Assembly (NCBI GenBank): GCA_907165135.1
Contig: OU015566.1
Span: 6,758,001-6,822,000, forward strand
Length of the DNA: 64,000 nt
DNA from: Oikopleura dioica
Lineage: Eukaryota > Animalia > Chordata
Reading direction: 5' to 3'
The notes beneath the pieces were generated by a model, which made no database searches, was not told where the DNA came from, and saw only the letters and a list, made by a program, of their open reading frames with translations. Position numbers and translations under genes: made by a program. Positions 47,611 through 61,200 of this stretch are shown here, piece by piece. Numbering within the stretch: the first letter of the stretch is position 1; every line of letters begins with the position of its first letter.

Positions 47611-48879
47611 TCTGGTCAACCGATTTCTTAACTGAATACAATCGTAAGCTAAATTTTAATGAAAAACCTCCGTTCAATACACGATCAAATGTAGATCTGG
47701 ATTATTCCTCGGTTCTAGAGCTTCTGGTAAGAAGTATAAACACAAGCTGATGTTGAATAAGTTATGATTTATTTTTCTCCTAGAAATTTTCTTCGCAGAT
47801 GAATAGATCAAAAAATGAATACAGCAATTTTGAAATTGAAGAGTAGAAAACAAGAGCGAGTATAAATTGAAATTGAACAAGTAGAATAGAACTGAATCAA
47901 AGAACTGATAGTTGTAATCAAGCTGGTCAGATAGACAGTACAGTGGTAGAGGAAGGGAGGAAGAATCGAAGTTGGGAATGGTGAAAGTTTATCTACAGTG
48001 TCTGCTACTAGAATTGGCGATAGATTTCGTTAGCTAGAATCTTTTCGATTCTGCTAGATTTGGTAGCTTGAAATTACTTTTGAATATTCTCTGAGGGATT
48101 AAAAATAAACAACAATTGAAACGTCTTGATTTGAAATTATGAAACTGAAGATAAAGGCACTCGTACTGAAACTTAGAAAAAGTTGGATTCTCGAGAAAAA
48201 ACTGATGAATCGTGCGTACGTGATACAAGAAACTGCAATTTTGATTTAGTGAAAACTGAAATTGAAGACACTTATTTTTAGAAAATGCGGGCCGCAATAA
48301 GAATATCTTGTTTTTTGAGATTCACAGGATGAAAATGATGTTTTTCGATTGTCGTCTTGTTGTGTCTGAAGAGGTCTGTGGCACGCATGCGGATTGTATT
48401 TTGACGGATATACAGTGAGAAAGATAGGGAAGAGGATTGGAGATAGCATTTACAGAAACGAATTGGTTTTACATTAAATTTGATAAGGCGCGTTTTCGGC
48501 GAGGGTTTTCATACCGTCAGTGCATCGTAATATGCTGCTTCGTTCTGAAAAACTGTAAGTTGATTTACCTCTTTAGTAACCTAAAAGTACATATCATGTA
48601 TAGACTATAGAATATTGTAAATATTGTATACAATTGTATTAATATTTATTAATCATATTTCAAAAGAGATTATATTTGCAATCAAGATGACGATCCTCAT
48701 GTAATTGAGCCTATGGATTCATTTTCCGACTGAAGTAGTGAGTAAATTCACTCTAATAATTCCCATCAGCGCTCATTTTATGGCTTTTGCTCAACATGAA
48801 AAAGAGCTTGTATCAAGTGATAAGGAACAAATTATTCTACACTCATGGAATTTTCAAAAAACAAAATGCCTTTTACATA

Positions 48880-51800
48880 CAGAATTACTAGGAGGATCTC
48901 CTCGAGCATGCTCTTCGTCATAATCTTCAATCGCTTGATCCATGCTTGGATACGTCAATTCCTTGGCTTCCTTATTGAAGCCAACTTTACCGAACGACTC
49001 TTAAAAGAAATATCAACATCAAATCCTAAAAAATTCTTCTTACGTTTTCGATTTTCTTTGTCAGTAACGAGGATGGACGACTTGATGACGACCTGTCCCT
49101 CTACGATCACATCGTTTACGTAGCCTTCTCGGGGAGGGATGAAATTGCCGTCTTGGTCTCGCTGAAAGATAGGGTTGAAAAAATGGAAAGAAGGGGGTGT
49201 CTCTTACCGAGTATTGACTATTCGTCCGGTCAGGGTTGACCGTGACGCCGTTAGTTGGCGGGCTGACCCTCTTCTTCCTCCCAGCCGGTTTTGGAGGCTG
49301 TCCGTTCGAAAGTCCATTTCGATCTGGCTTCTCAGGTGCTCTGAAAATGAAAGATAAACGATGAACAATATTTAAATATTGACCGCGATAAAAATTTTAT
49401 CCGCCCTCAATCAGAGGACATAAATTTGACCCGAGTCTGCATCCTGGCAACTCCCGTGGACGTTACGAAAAACGACCCAGCAAATACAAGGAAAAAGTGC
49501 GGAATTGTGTCTTTTTCAATCTTTCGGAAAGACTCTTTCCCAATTAGTCATTTTTTCACTTACCCGAGGCTTCCAACAGGCTTCGTATTTGGACTCGCCT
49601 TGGCCAAAATAGCCTTTGCGGCGGCAATTTGCTCCTCTAATAGCCGATTTTCTTCGGCCCATTTCGCCTCGTCCTCATCAACAGTGGTTGCTGGAGCTGA
49701 TGCTTCTTGTTTGGGCGCTTTTTTCGGCGCCTTTTTTGCTCTAGCGGAGGTGATTTCTTTGGGATCGGCGGATTTAACTTCCGAAGTGGTCGGATTTACT
49801 TCTACCGTTGACTTTGACTTTTCTATCAGAGCGTATGCGGCGTCGGCCTAGATTTTGTTGAGTTAAAATTTTCAAGCAACAGAAAGTGCAAATTTCTGAG
49901 GAGCTTTGGGAAAAACTGAAGAAATTTTAACTCTGAGGACTTTTCTTTCACAAGTTTATGAGGAAAGAAAAGGCTCTTTTCGTACCTTATTATGAAGATC
50001 CCCAAGGCTATTCTCCAACTTCTCCAGATCCTTGATCTCTTGATCATTCTTTCGTGGACTAGAAAGATAGCGTTATGAAGATAATGATAAAGAGAGAGTG
50101 AGTCAATTAATTGAAACGCACTTGATCGTAAAAGTCCGCATAGACAAGATGAATCAGAAATTCAATCGAAGTGGGTCTTTCTTTCCGTGCAAAAGATCGA
50201 GATTTATTTGGAGAGAAGATTTAATCTGAGATTCGGTGGCTCTCTCGTTCTCTCTCTTTCTGGGATCTCTCTAATAGGGAGCTCGAAATTTTTATCTCGT
50301 AAGCTGGCGCTCAGCAAACAATGGTCAATCAGCAATTTTTAGACTGTGTGTGTGTCCTTGTGCGGAAAATTTTCAGAAATTTCCTCGGCCTACGAGGAAT
50401 TAAATGAACGTTCGGGCCGACTTTTTTTGCTGTTTTATTAGCTGTGTTTTTACCGTGTCGGTGCTAAATTGAGGTGGGTGCGCGCTAGGGCCTCTATGTC
50501 GGCAGGGTCATCCAGGGTGACACTAGTGTGTACAGTAAATATTCCCGTTTTTGTCTGGATATTAAAAAAACTTCACTGTAAGTAACTAATGACGCATGAA
50601 ATTTGCTCAGTGAGGGAAATAGAAAGTCATCGTTAGTAGAGACTAGTAGAGAGGTGGAAATGTTGTTTTCCCAGGAGAATAGATCGATAATGGACTCCTG
50701 CGCAAATTTCCGAAAAGAAAATACAGTTCAACATACAGTAATAACGATGTATAGGATTATGACGTCAAACCTTTGCATGGAAATATTTTCGTTTTCATCG
50801 ATCCTCGACACTGGTACAGTCGTCCCGTCAATATCGACTGACTCGTCTGATGACTCTGGGTAATCCTCTGGCCTTGCTTTTGGAACGTGATTACTGGCAT
50901 GCTCCTTGATCGTGTCCCCGAGCAAGTCAAACTCGTCTTCTTGCTGAATTTCGGGGTCGGAAATGTCAGAGTTATCGCCATCTGACTCATCAAAGGCCAG
51001 CGGCGGGTTTCGATTTTCTACTGTTTTCATTTTCTTTGGCTCTGGCGTTGGTTCTTTCGAGCTCTCTGGTTCAGGAGAAGGAGGACGCTCTTGCTGCTGA
51101 AGAACTGGTGCTGCTTTTACAGGAGAGTGGGTAGGAGCGATTATTCGAGCGATTTGTTCCTCTTCTTCTTCCGAAAAATACTCTGGCCCGTCTGATTCAG
51201 ATGCTGATTCAAAATCTTGAGCAGCAGGCATTTGAGATTGTTTCACTTGAGGAATCACTTCAGGACTTGGTTCTTTCACGATTTCCGGGCTTGGGTCTCT
51301 GAGAACAGCCCTCGCCGGCGCTGGGGACTCTTCTCGGGGCGGGGTTGCCTCTCTGGGTGGGGAGAGGCTCCGCGGAGGGGTCATTTCTCGCTTTGGAGCG
51401 GAGTTGCTGTTGGTCGGGATTTTCGTGCGGGTTCGTTCGCCGAACATCGAGGCGGTCTTGGCGATGGAAACTCCAGCAAGTTGATCTTGTTTGTCGCTTT
51501 CTAGTTCTGACTGTACTGGACCCTGCGCATTCTTCTGGGGTGGAGCCGATTGTCTGATGACTTCAGGCTGAGCGCGAATAACTTGCGGCTCGACTGGAGC
51601 GGGAGGCTTTGGCTCATAAGCAGATTGTTTCTTTAGAATGCTCTTTTTCTCTAATGGAGGCGCAGTAGTATTGTTGTTTTGAGGCTGAACTTGGGGCTTC
51701 GTCTGGACGTAGGAAGGAGCTTTTTGCTGCGTTGGAAGGGTCTTGACATGGCGAAGGTAGGAGCCAGAGTTTTGGCGGGCGTAATTTGGTGTGGAATTGG

Positions 51801-53756
51801 GCCCTTGCTGGCTCTCCAGTCGCTAGAATTACGGATAGAAATAGGTTAGAGGGAGAAGAGGCTTACCTTGAACATGGCCAACGCATTGTTCTTGTCGATT
51901 TTCTCGCTCTCGACAGACATCGGATCAGCCTGATAAACTGGCTGTTCTTGAGCCTGTGTTGTCTTCTGATGATTTTCAGCAAAATTCTGACTCTCCTGCG
52001 ATTGTATGCGATTTGGCTGAACGGGCTCGTCAAAGAAAGAAAACTGCATAAAAATCAACGCAATCACTGATTCACCACTCGGCTTCTTTTTAACTCGAAA
52101 GAGTCGTAAATCGCGAGTTAATTTTCCGAAATCGGTCGAGAGAAACAAAAAACCGAGAGTGAGCAATTACGGATATGAGCTGAGTTTTTATTCTTTTCTT
52201 TTTTACGAGTCCTGTCTGGATGCATAGCTGGGTGGTGGTTGCCGCACCTGTGGTTTTGGAGGGTAGTGCAAGGCGATTGTTGAGGGGGCCTCGGATTGGA
52301 CTAGAATTATATTTAACTATGGTATATTTTCAAAACATTGCTGAGCCTAGCAAATAATAGAGAAGAAATACTGGACAATTGTTGTGAGAAAGATTCATAA
52401 AGCCTTCAAGAAAACGTCAGTAATTCAATTTGAATTCTGGTATTTACATTCGCAAATCAATTAAAATTATTTGCCTTGGATCACGGTACCGTGTGTACTC
52501 ACCGCTCTGACGCTCCAGATTTTCATTCGCTCGGATTGTGCTCACTTGGCTTTGCTGGCTTTGAAGCTCTAGGGGTAAAGGTTGAGGTCGCTGTTGGGGA
52601 TAGTAGGGGGACGGAGGGGGTTGTTGATGGAAGTTTTGGGGCTGGGGGAAGATTGAAGCGGGATATGCGTTTTGAAAGGAGTTTTGAGGATGAACTTGAT
52701 GATTTGTGAATTGTGGTGCTTGTGAAGAGTTCATGAACATTGAAGATGGATTGTGAGGGTTTTGGGAACCCGAGAGGGCCAGTTTGAAATGTTGTCGTGC
52801 AATGCGCAGTTGTTCTTCCTGAAATGAGAATATTTGAAAATTGGAAATCGGGATTATTCATTTGACGAGCTCGCGATTGAATCAAATGCCACGATGAATT
52901 ACCTGCACTTTGAGGAATTCTTCGTACTGGCTCGTGTCATTAAAATAACCATGCGCGGGATAAATGTACGGGTTGAACATAAACGGGTTTATGTTCATCA
53001 TTCCCATGTTGTTACTATTGCTGGCTTGAAATGAGTTGTTACTTGGCGGCTGTGAGAAGCCAGAATTCTGGTGAGGCTGATTCTGATTTCTCGTCATTTG
53101 TGGCATTGGATTTGACTGAACTGGGGTAGCACTTGAACTCATACCAGGACTGACGGTGTTCTGCTGAACTGTAGGCTGAGCAGGAGCCTGCTGGGGTTGA
53201 ACAGGCTTTGGAGCGATTCGATAGTTGGGACGGACTTTGGGAACGCTCGGAGGAGGCATCATTCGAGGAGTGCCCATGCCACCACGAGCTTCGTCGATTT
53301 CTTTCATGACGATCGCGTCAGAATCGGAATCTAACTCGAGAAGATTTCGCGCGTTTTGATCACTAAAATTCAAGTGAATTTTCATTCACAAATGACAGGA
53401 TTGGTGAACAAATCGTCGGTAGTTTCCTCTCCCTAATTGTTTGTCGACTGAACTTTAACGAAGAAAATTTTTAAAAGGTCTTCTGGTTGTGGGTTTCTTT
53501 AAATTACACAGAGCCCTTGTTTATTATCATTTTTAGGGGCTGAAATAAAGCTTATGAATTCATAAAATCTGAACTTTTTTGTCCTACAACGCTTTAAAAC
53601 AAAATCAAATAGAAAAGAAAATCCAGCTCTGCAAATTTAGACATAAAAAAGTCAGTCAATTGATGCCAGTAAAAACTTTTACCTTAGCGATCGTTCCAAC
53701 AGTCTGGCTCGTTTCTCTAAGGCCATGAGGGCCCATTCTGGAAGTTCCGACTCCAT
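48880..53756 (-). CDS. Taperin/phostensin (TPRN/PPP1R18)-like PP1-docking protein; 3' end uncertain
   Basis: N-terminal exon MESELPEWALMALEKRARLLERSL, in phase with the next exon; long P/Q/S/E low-complexity middle; C-terminal KENRK.SFGKVGFNKEAKELTYPS (RVxF-like motif followed by YPS). Confidence 0.65.
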
Positions 53757-55292
53757 CTTTTCAGGCTCGTACTTCTCTGTTTTTCAAATTTTCGAAAACG
53801 ATGCCAAGTCTGAACGAAAAAGGGTTGTACTTTTTTGTTGGTTTTTCACAGCTTTCTCTTTCTTTCCCGCGCCCGCGAACTGATTACCAATCCGACAAGT
53901 CACAAGTCCGAGTTTTAAGAAGATCTGCCCGTCAATAAATTTCACCTAAATTTGAATTAAGGGTGTCACTCCTCATTTCGACATCTTTGATGAAAAGGGC
54001 AATACATCCAAAACAAAATGTCTTTTTCTTTTTAGTCTCTTAGAATCGGGTACTGAAATCTCAGCAGGTAGTCTCTAACGATAAAAAATACTGACGGCTT
54101 GATTAGAGGAAGATAAAGGTATAAATTCGTAGGCGCCGCGCGCCGCGAGTCTCTACGAACACACGCCGCCGGGCAGAGTAGAGTAAGCGACACTGTGGAA
54201 TGCAAATTTATTGAAAAATGAAAACGTCTTTTATTTACACAAATTTAGTAAGACCACCCAAATGCAGTCTGTTTGACTTTTGGAAAAACTCACACTGCTC
54301 GCTAGTTGCTCTAGTTCGAGTAGTGGAGGCAGTGTTCCGATTTTGGAACATTTTCAAAGCTCAAATATTGGGACAGATTTGTTACGCTTGTATCGAAAGA
54401 CTGTAATCAGTAATCGATTCATTAGTTCTAGAATCTAGATATTCATATATTAAGTTCTTCCAAGATATTCGACTTAAATATAAAAACCTTAAAAAGCCAC
54501 AAAAAATATTTTGTTTTATATTTCGATTAAATATCATCATTTGACTAATAAATTTACACCTGAACTATATCTCCAATTGCGAACAAAAATTACACTATTA
54601 TTTCTCTAGAAATCAGCCAAGATGACTTCTGTCAATTCCAACGAGCCAAGTTTCCAATAAATCTGATATAAAAATGGAACATGAATGCGATTAGCAGCCC
54701 TCTCCCCAGCATCAGCATAAAAGAATCCAAAGTGCTTGGCTATCAAACACTCGAGCCATCAGTACATGAGCAAACTCAACATAAAATCAGACACACAAGA
54801 GGAACTCATACCAGGAAGCAGTAGAATCTTCGTTTTGCTTTCTTTTTATTTATTTAAAGTTTTGTCACAAGCTGGATGGAACGAAAAAGCGTTGATAAAA
54901 GTTGAATAGGAAGAAATTAATTGTTTGGGAACGTGGTTGAAACGGGGACAGATTTTATGGCATCTGGGAAAGAAGGAAAGAAACGAATGCTTTTGATAAG
55001 AATTGCGGGTAGATCTGGGAATCAACAAGGAATCAGAAGTTGAAGGGTGGGAACTAGAAGTGAGTCTGAACGAGCTGGGAAAAAGAAGGAAAGAATATAG
55101 AATGATAGGTTCTAAGATTATTTATTTCGAGCGAGATCTCAGATAGTATTTAAATTATAGCTTTTAAATTACTGATCCAGATAACTTCAACAATCAAATT
55201 GAACTTTTTGAAACAGTAAAAAAACCGAGCGAGAAATTCTTAAATTTTTTTCAATCTCAAGGCACAGCCTTGGGAGACATGGAAGAGAAAAA

Positions 55293-58200
55293 TTAGGCAG
55301 GGACGATGCTGAGGACAATTTCGCCCTCGAGATGTTTGAGCATGTTGACTGTATCCTGCCGGGTGTATCCTTCGAGCGATGTTCCGTTGACATAGACTAT
55401 CTGGTCGCCGCGCTTGAGCTTTCCGCTGCGCAGGGCGGCACCTCCGGACACTGTTTTGATGTAAATAGGCAAATCGCCCTTTGGAGAGTCTTTTCCTCCA
55501 ACAATAGAGAAGCCAAGGCCGTCAGCGCCTCGGAAGAGCACTACATCTACCATAGCACTAGAATTTGACGCTAGACTCAATAACAACTGATAAAAAAGCT
55601 ACCTGACATGCGGTTGTTTTTGCCTATCGGAGTGCTGGACAAGATATTGGCTCATATATTGCATCTCTTGGTCGCCAGGTGACACCTTGATGATGAGTTA
55701 AATCAAGTTGCATTCGACGAAGATGGGTAATTTACCTCGAGGACAACGTTTTGTGGGCTTTGTCGAAGAAGTTGGGCGCACTCGTTGTGGGTCACTCGTT
55801 CGCTGGAGGTACCGTTGATCGAAACGATTCTCTCGCCCATTTTGAGCTTGTCGCTCGCCGGTCCTTCGGGATCAACGGCAGCGATGAAAATCGGGACGTC
55901 GCCTAGAGCAGAGCCGAAGCCACCAGCAATTGAAATGCCGAGGGTTCTTGAGCGTGGCGTCGTTTGATAGTGACTTTTCGGATCTAAAAACAGTTTTAAT
56001 AATCAAGCAAAAAGATGTTGTTTCGTACGTGAGATCCTCTTCTAGGAGTTTTCGAGGCCCCATTTTGCGACTTTCGCGGTCTTCTGATTTCGATAACAAC
56101 TTGGCCTGTCGCTTTCTTCAGTTCGCTAGCAACTCTATCTCGGGTAGCGCCGCTGAGATCGACTCCATTGGCTCCGATAATTTCATCGCCTTGCTGTAGA
56201 GTGCCATCGATAGCCGCTTCTGAGCCCGGGACGATTCCAAAGATGATTGTTCCACTCGGTCCATTTTCAATATTCAGACCGAGACCTTGCCCAGGAATCT
56301 ATGAAATGAATAAAGAGAGGTTTTTATGAGAATCGTACCTTATTCAAACGGACTTTCATAGTGTCCGCCTGGCCAGATTCGTCGCGAACGATGCGGAGAC
56401 GAACTCGTGAGCCGGATTTTCTCAACACTTCGCTAGCTTGATTGTGAGTGTAGGTACTGATATCGACGCCGTTAACCGCTATGATTCGATCACCAGGAGC
56501 AAGACGTCCGTCTTGATGAGCCGCGGATCCTGGATAAACCTCGTGAATCACCACGCAGCCAAGGACCGTCTCGGCTCCACCAGCAATCGATAAACCAAGA
56601 CCACTAGATCCTAAAAAGCGCTCAAGTAAAAGGGATGTTGTAGAGAGACGCGTTTTACCTTTAATAATTTCTATTTCAGTTTCAGTGCCAGGATGCACCT
56701 CGCGCGAGTGACGCGAGCTAATGGTGGATGAAGAATCGCGCCGCGACGAGGGATGAAGAACAATCAGCTTAATCGTGCCCCTTGAGCTCTTTAGGATGTC
56801 GGTGACGTCACGGTAGCTAGAATGCTGGCAGTTCGTGTCGTTCACAGCTAAGATCTTGTCGCCGTTTTTCAGCCTAAATGAGTGGGTAAGGCAAAATGAC
56901 AAGAACTAGGTATTAATTTGCGGTCAAGAGAAAAGTTTCTCATTACAGGTTGACTAGAAAGCTTTCGACCTAATTTTTACATATTCTATCGTGTAAATTT
57001 CTGTTTTAGAAAGAGATGAACAACGAACCTGCCATCACGCGAAGCCGGGCTATTGGCGGAGAGTGATCGCACTCTCACACCCGAATTGTTATCGTCCTCG
57101 AAGGAAATGCCCAAGCCGTTGAAGTCCTTGACAAGTTTGATGACCTCGACACTGTCGACATCTTTTTTCGAAACATTCAAACGGAGCCGGGAGATTTCCT
57201 CATCGACAGTGAGTTTTGGCGCCGGCGCCTAAAAAGAAGATTCTTTTTCTCTGTACTAATTCAATCTAACATGAGTTTGAATCGCAACTTTTTCTTACCG
57301 AATAAGGCACCTTCGCGCCGTCTGATCGAATCAGTGTTATCTTTGCAGAATCGTGCTCTTTCAAGAGGTTGATAGTCTCGAGCTGCGATTTATCCGCTAA
57401 GGGTACTCCGTTGATTGTAACCACTTCGTCGCCAACTTGGATTCGGCCGTCCTTCTCTGCAGCGCCGTCAGGTGTGATTTTTACGACGCGAATGCCTGAA
57501 ATGGAGATTTATTGCTGACCAAGAAGTCGCTTTTGTCTCCGAGGAAAAACGAGATATTCGCGCGACAGAAAGAAAAAATATTGCAAGCACTAGAGTATCT
57601 ATTCAGACTTTTAGAGGACGTGATCCTGAATAAAAAGAGTCTCCAGATGTTCGAATTCTCAAAAAAAATGCTTTCAATTTTGATATAATCTCCGTAGAGC
57701 AAGTTTAATTTTTAAAGAAATACAGTCGATATAAAGACAAAACCTTCTACATGATTCAATTCGCGGCGCTTTGATTTAGCAAATTATAAATTAAAGAGTT
57801 CATACCTGCGTCGCCAGACTGGTTGCCAATAAGACTAACGCCAAGGCTGCCGTTGAGCTTATGAAGGGTAACAGAATACTCTTGCCCAGGCGCAATTTCA
57901 GGCGTCGCCAAGATCTGCGAGTTGTTCGAATTTGTACTGCTGGAAAGAGTTGTTTCTGTCTAAAAACAACGGCTTAGAAAAGTAGGAAAAATACAAGCAA
58001 AAAATAATCGCCCGTGAAATTGAAATTTCTAATGACCTGACCGTGGTCCACCACTGTTAGTGTCTAACATGAAATTTTGAAATGGAAAAAAAGAATAAAC
58101 GACCCGTTCTCTCTGCTGGAAAAGCCCGCCTTTGTGTGTTGTTTCAATGATTTTGAAAGGACAAGAATCACACGCTGCTGAAAAGCTGTTTTCCGCCAGC

Positions 58201-61200
58201 CTCATCAAAAAATTGAAATTTCTGAAATTTAAATGCTTCCTTTCAGAATTTCTCTAATTGAAAAAAAGAAGGTGAAAAGAGCTACTAACAAAGAAGCGGA
58301 ACCTGTTTCTCTCGGTTTCTTTGTTGAAGCCACTTTGAGGTTGGGGAGCAAAATACCACTCGGGCGGGTATTTGAGAGTTCGTGTTCGATTGAACTTCCT
58401 CAATTATTCACAGAGAGAACACACGTTTTAATCAATTTTTGATAAGTAAATGAATAGCAAAGGCACTGGAAAACTGCCACCGATGAAAGCTAATTCTCTA
58501 ATTCACCTATCGACCCTCTTTTCTCTCTTTGCAAAAGAAAAAAGGGAAGATCACCCTATTGTATATACTGAGTTACTGTACCTCACTCTCGTATAGAACG
58601 AGGTCGCCTGTGCACTGAATAATATAAGATTTATAACTTGATATACAGGCAGCTACCTCAATATTTCTTAAAAGCCATAAGAGGCTTGGTGCAAATAACT
58701 GTACTTTTCTGTCGATTGATTGTTAAACTGTAGATTACCTGTGGTTTCAGTGGCTGGACTTGCAGGTGTATCTTTTCTTGGTCGCTCGCCTTGATAAGCC
58801 GGATCACAGTCTGGTGCGAGCTCTTTACAGTACTCTGGCCATTCACCTTGAAAAAAATGGATAATGGAGGGAGAGAGTGCTTATGGGGGATTATCGGATA
58901 AAAATATCCGGTTTTCCGGTTTCAGTCCCGCTGAAACAATCCCACACGACGTCTGACCAACTAACGAGCGGGATCATGTTTGCTCCCTGGCTCGCGCTTC
59001 TCCCTCGGGCCATCAAAAGAAAGGGTTGAAGTTTTCTGCTCAGAAGAGGAAAATTACATTTATTTCGGCAGAGATGTATCTATCTATTTAATTGACTCCA
59101 TTACTATTTCAGGAAAAGTTTCAGCAAATTGTGAATATGAAGAAATAGTTCGATTATTAATTGAAAATAACGTCGGTGAACTATTTTACTACAATAGAAA
59201 TAACGAACTTTCCTTTGGTCTTTAGAAAGTAGACATTATAGGAAGAAGGGTAACGCGGAGAAGATTATGATAAACTTGACTTTCTAAAGCAGCTCAAGTT
59301 TAGTCGGTGCCCACGCAGTTGCGTTGAGTTTTCATGCTAATGACCGTCAAATTATGCAAATATCCAGTTATCCGGCCGAAAAACTAGGACCGGGCCCACT
59401 TTAGAACTTCTCTCTATATTTACCTTGATAATTCGATCGCCAAATTTGAGTCCTGCCGCTTCAGCTGGGCTGCCTTCATCAACGCTCTTGACGTAAGTAC
59501 CTCTTGGCAGGTCAAAGCCGCGATGCGAAATTTCTGAATAATCGACGAGCGTAAGGCCGAGGGAGCCATTTGGCGCACTAGGTCGAGCGATCGTGTACGG
59601 CTGCGGTGGATTCCACAGTGCGTCCCGCTCGTCGTCCGTTGTGGCTTCTGTCAGATAAGCGTCCGAGAGTCCAGCTGAGCTGGGCACGCGATCTACCGTA
59701 GCTACAGGTTCTTCGACAACAGCAGCAGCTGCTTGTTCGGAGGCGAGGCGATCCGTAGATGGGAGATATTGGAGAATAACAGTCGAGGAGTGGTAGGAAT
59801 GATGGCGGATGAGCTGGCGAGCCTTCTCTGTCTCGAGCCCGGCAACGTCTGAATCATTGACAGACACGATAATATCCCCAGCTTCCAGCTCGCCATGCTT
59901 GGCTACGGCGCCGTTGGAAATCACGCTGCGAATGACAAGGCCTCTGTTGAGCGTGTCAGGAGAAACGGTGATGCCCAGACTTGCAGTTCCCTTGTTGATT
60001 CGAATCGTTCGAACTTCACGGGTGTCGATGATGCTTTCTGGTTCTTGAGGAAGGTCGGGCTCAGAGTCGGATGATGGAACGTTGAGTTTTTCGTCGTCCG
60101 TGGTGTCTTTTGTTTCCGCGATTTGAACGGGGACTTCTGGAATGCGTTTGATTTCGTGGGCAGTGTTGTCTTCTATGATTTCAACGATTGAATATGTTAC
60201 AGAGAAAAGTAAGAGCAATGTTTTCTATCTATTAGTACATGCAAAGACAATCAATCAAGGAAGAGGTTTTTTGAACTTGATGAAGCATACCTTGTGGGAG
60301 AATTTGCGGCTCGTCAGGTTTAGTGTGGGAATGGATTGTAGTAGCAGAGACAATGGACTCGACTACGGACTCTTGAGCGTCCGAAAAGATCGACTCGTTG
60401 TCGGTTGTTTCAGCGCCAGCTGAGTTGGACTCATGTTAGATACAAAGTACGACATGCAAGAAGGGTTAAATAATAGCTTATGATTAGCGAAGACATTCAT
60501 GCATTGGTAAAAAATGATAAAGCAATACTTTTACCACATGAAAGTCTCATAGCAATTTTGATGATTAAAGCGCTCTTACGTTTGACCTGGATGACCGGAA
60601 GAAGCTCTCGCTCAGGCTCACGCTCCACGGGCGGCGGAGAAGGCGATCGCGACTTTTGAACTTCGGGCTCCGGTGAAGGAGATTTTGGAGGTGGCGTCGG
60701 AGGAACCTAGGAAGAAAATTATCAGATTTTTGATGAAATTTAAACTTTTTTCCGAGATGTAATCACACATTTTGAAAAAAGAAAAAAAATTATCAAGAGC
60801 TCATTCAAATTATTCGAAATCTAAACAGTTCAATCGCTAACTGTTTTTGGCCCAGTCGTTGGTGAGATTCAGAGAGCATTTCAAATCGAGGTGTGCACTG
60901 TGGTAAGCCGAAAGCGTCAGGGACCTCTTCCATGATTCGGACATCTTCGAGATTTTCGCGGAAGTGGACAGATTTTTCAAGATCGTGATGATGCTTTTCA
61001 GGCTCTTGGAATTCTTCTTTTGGGGGAGTAGCTGGAGGCGCTGGAGCAGGTTTTTCATCTTCTGACGTTGAAGATGAGCTGTCAGAGAGATCTTCAGTAA
61101 GTTTCGGTGCAGTTTCGAAGTTTTTATCCTCTTCTTCAAGTTTTTCTTTTACAACAATCGCCCCGAGAAGCGCTGCTTGTTTCTTGCCAGCTTCTACTTC

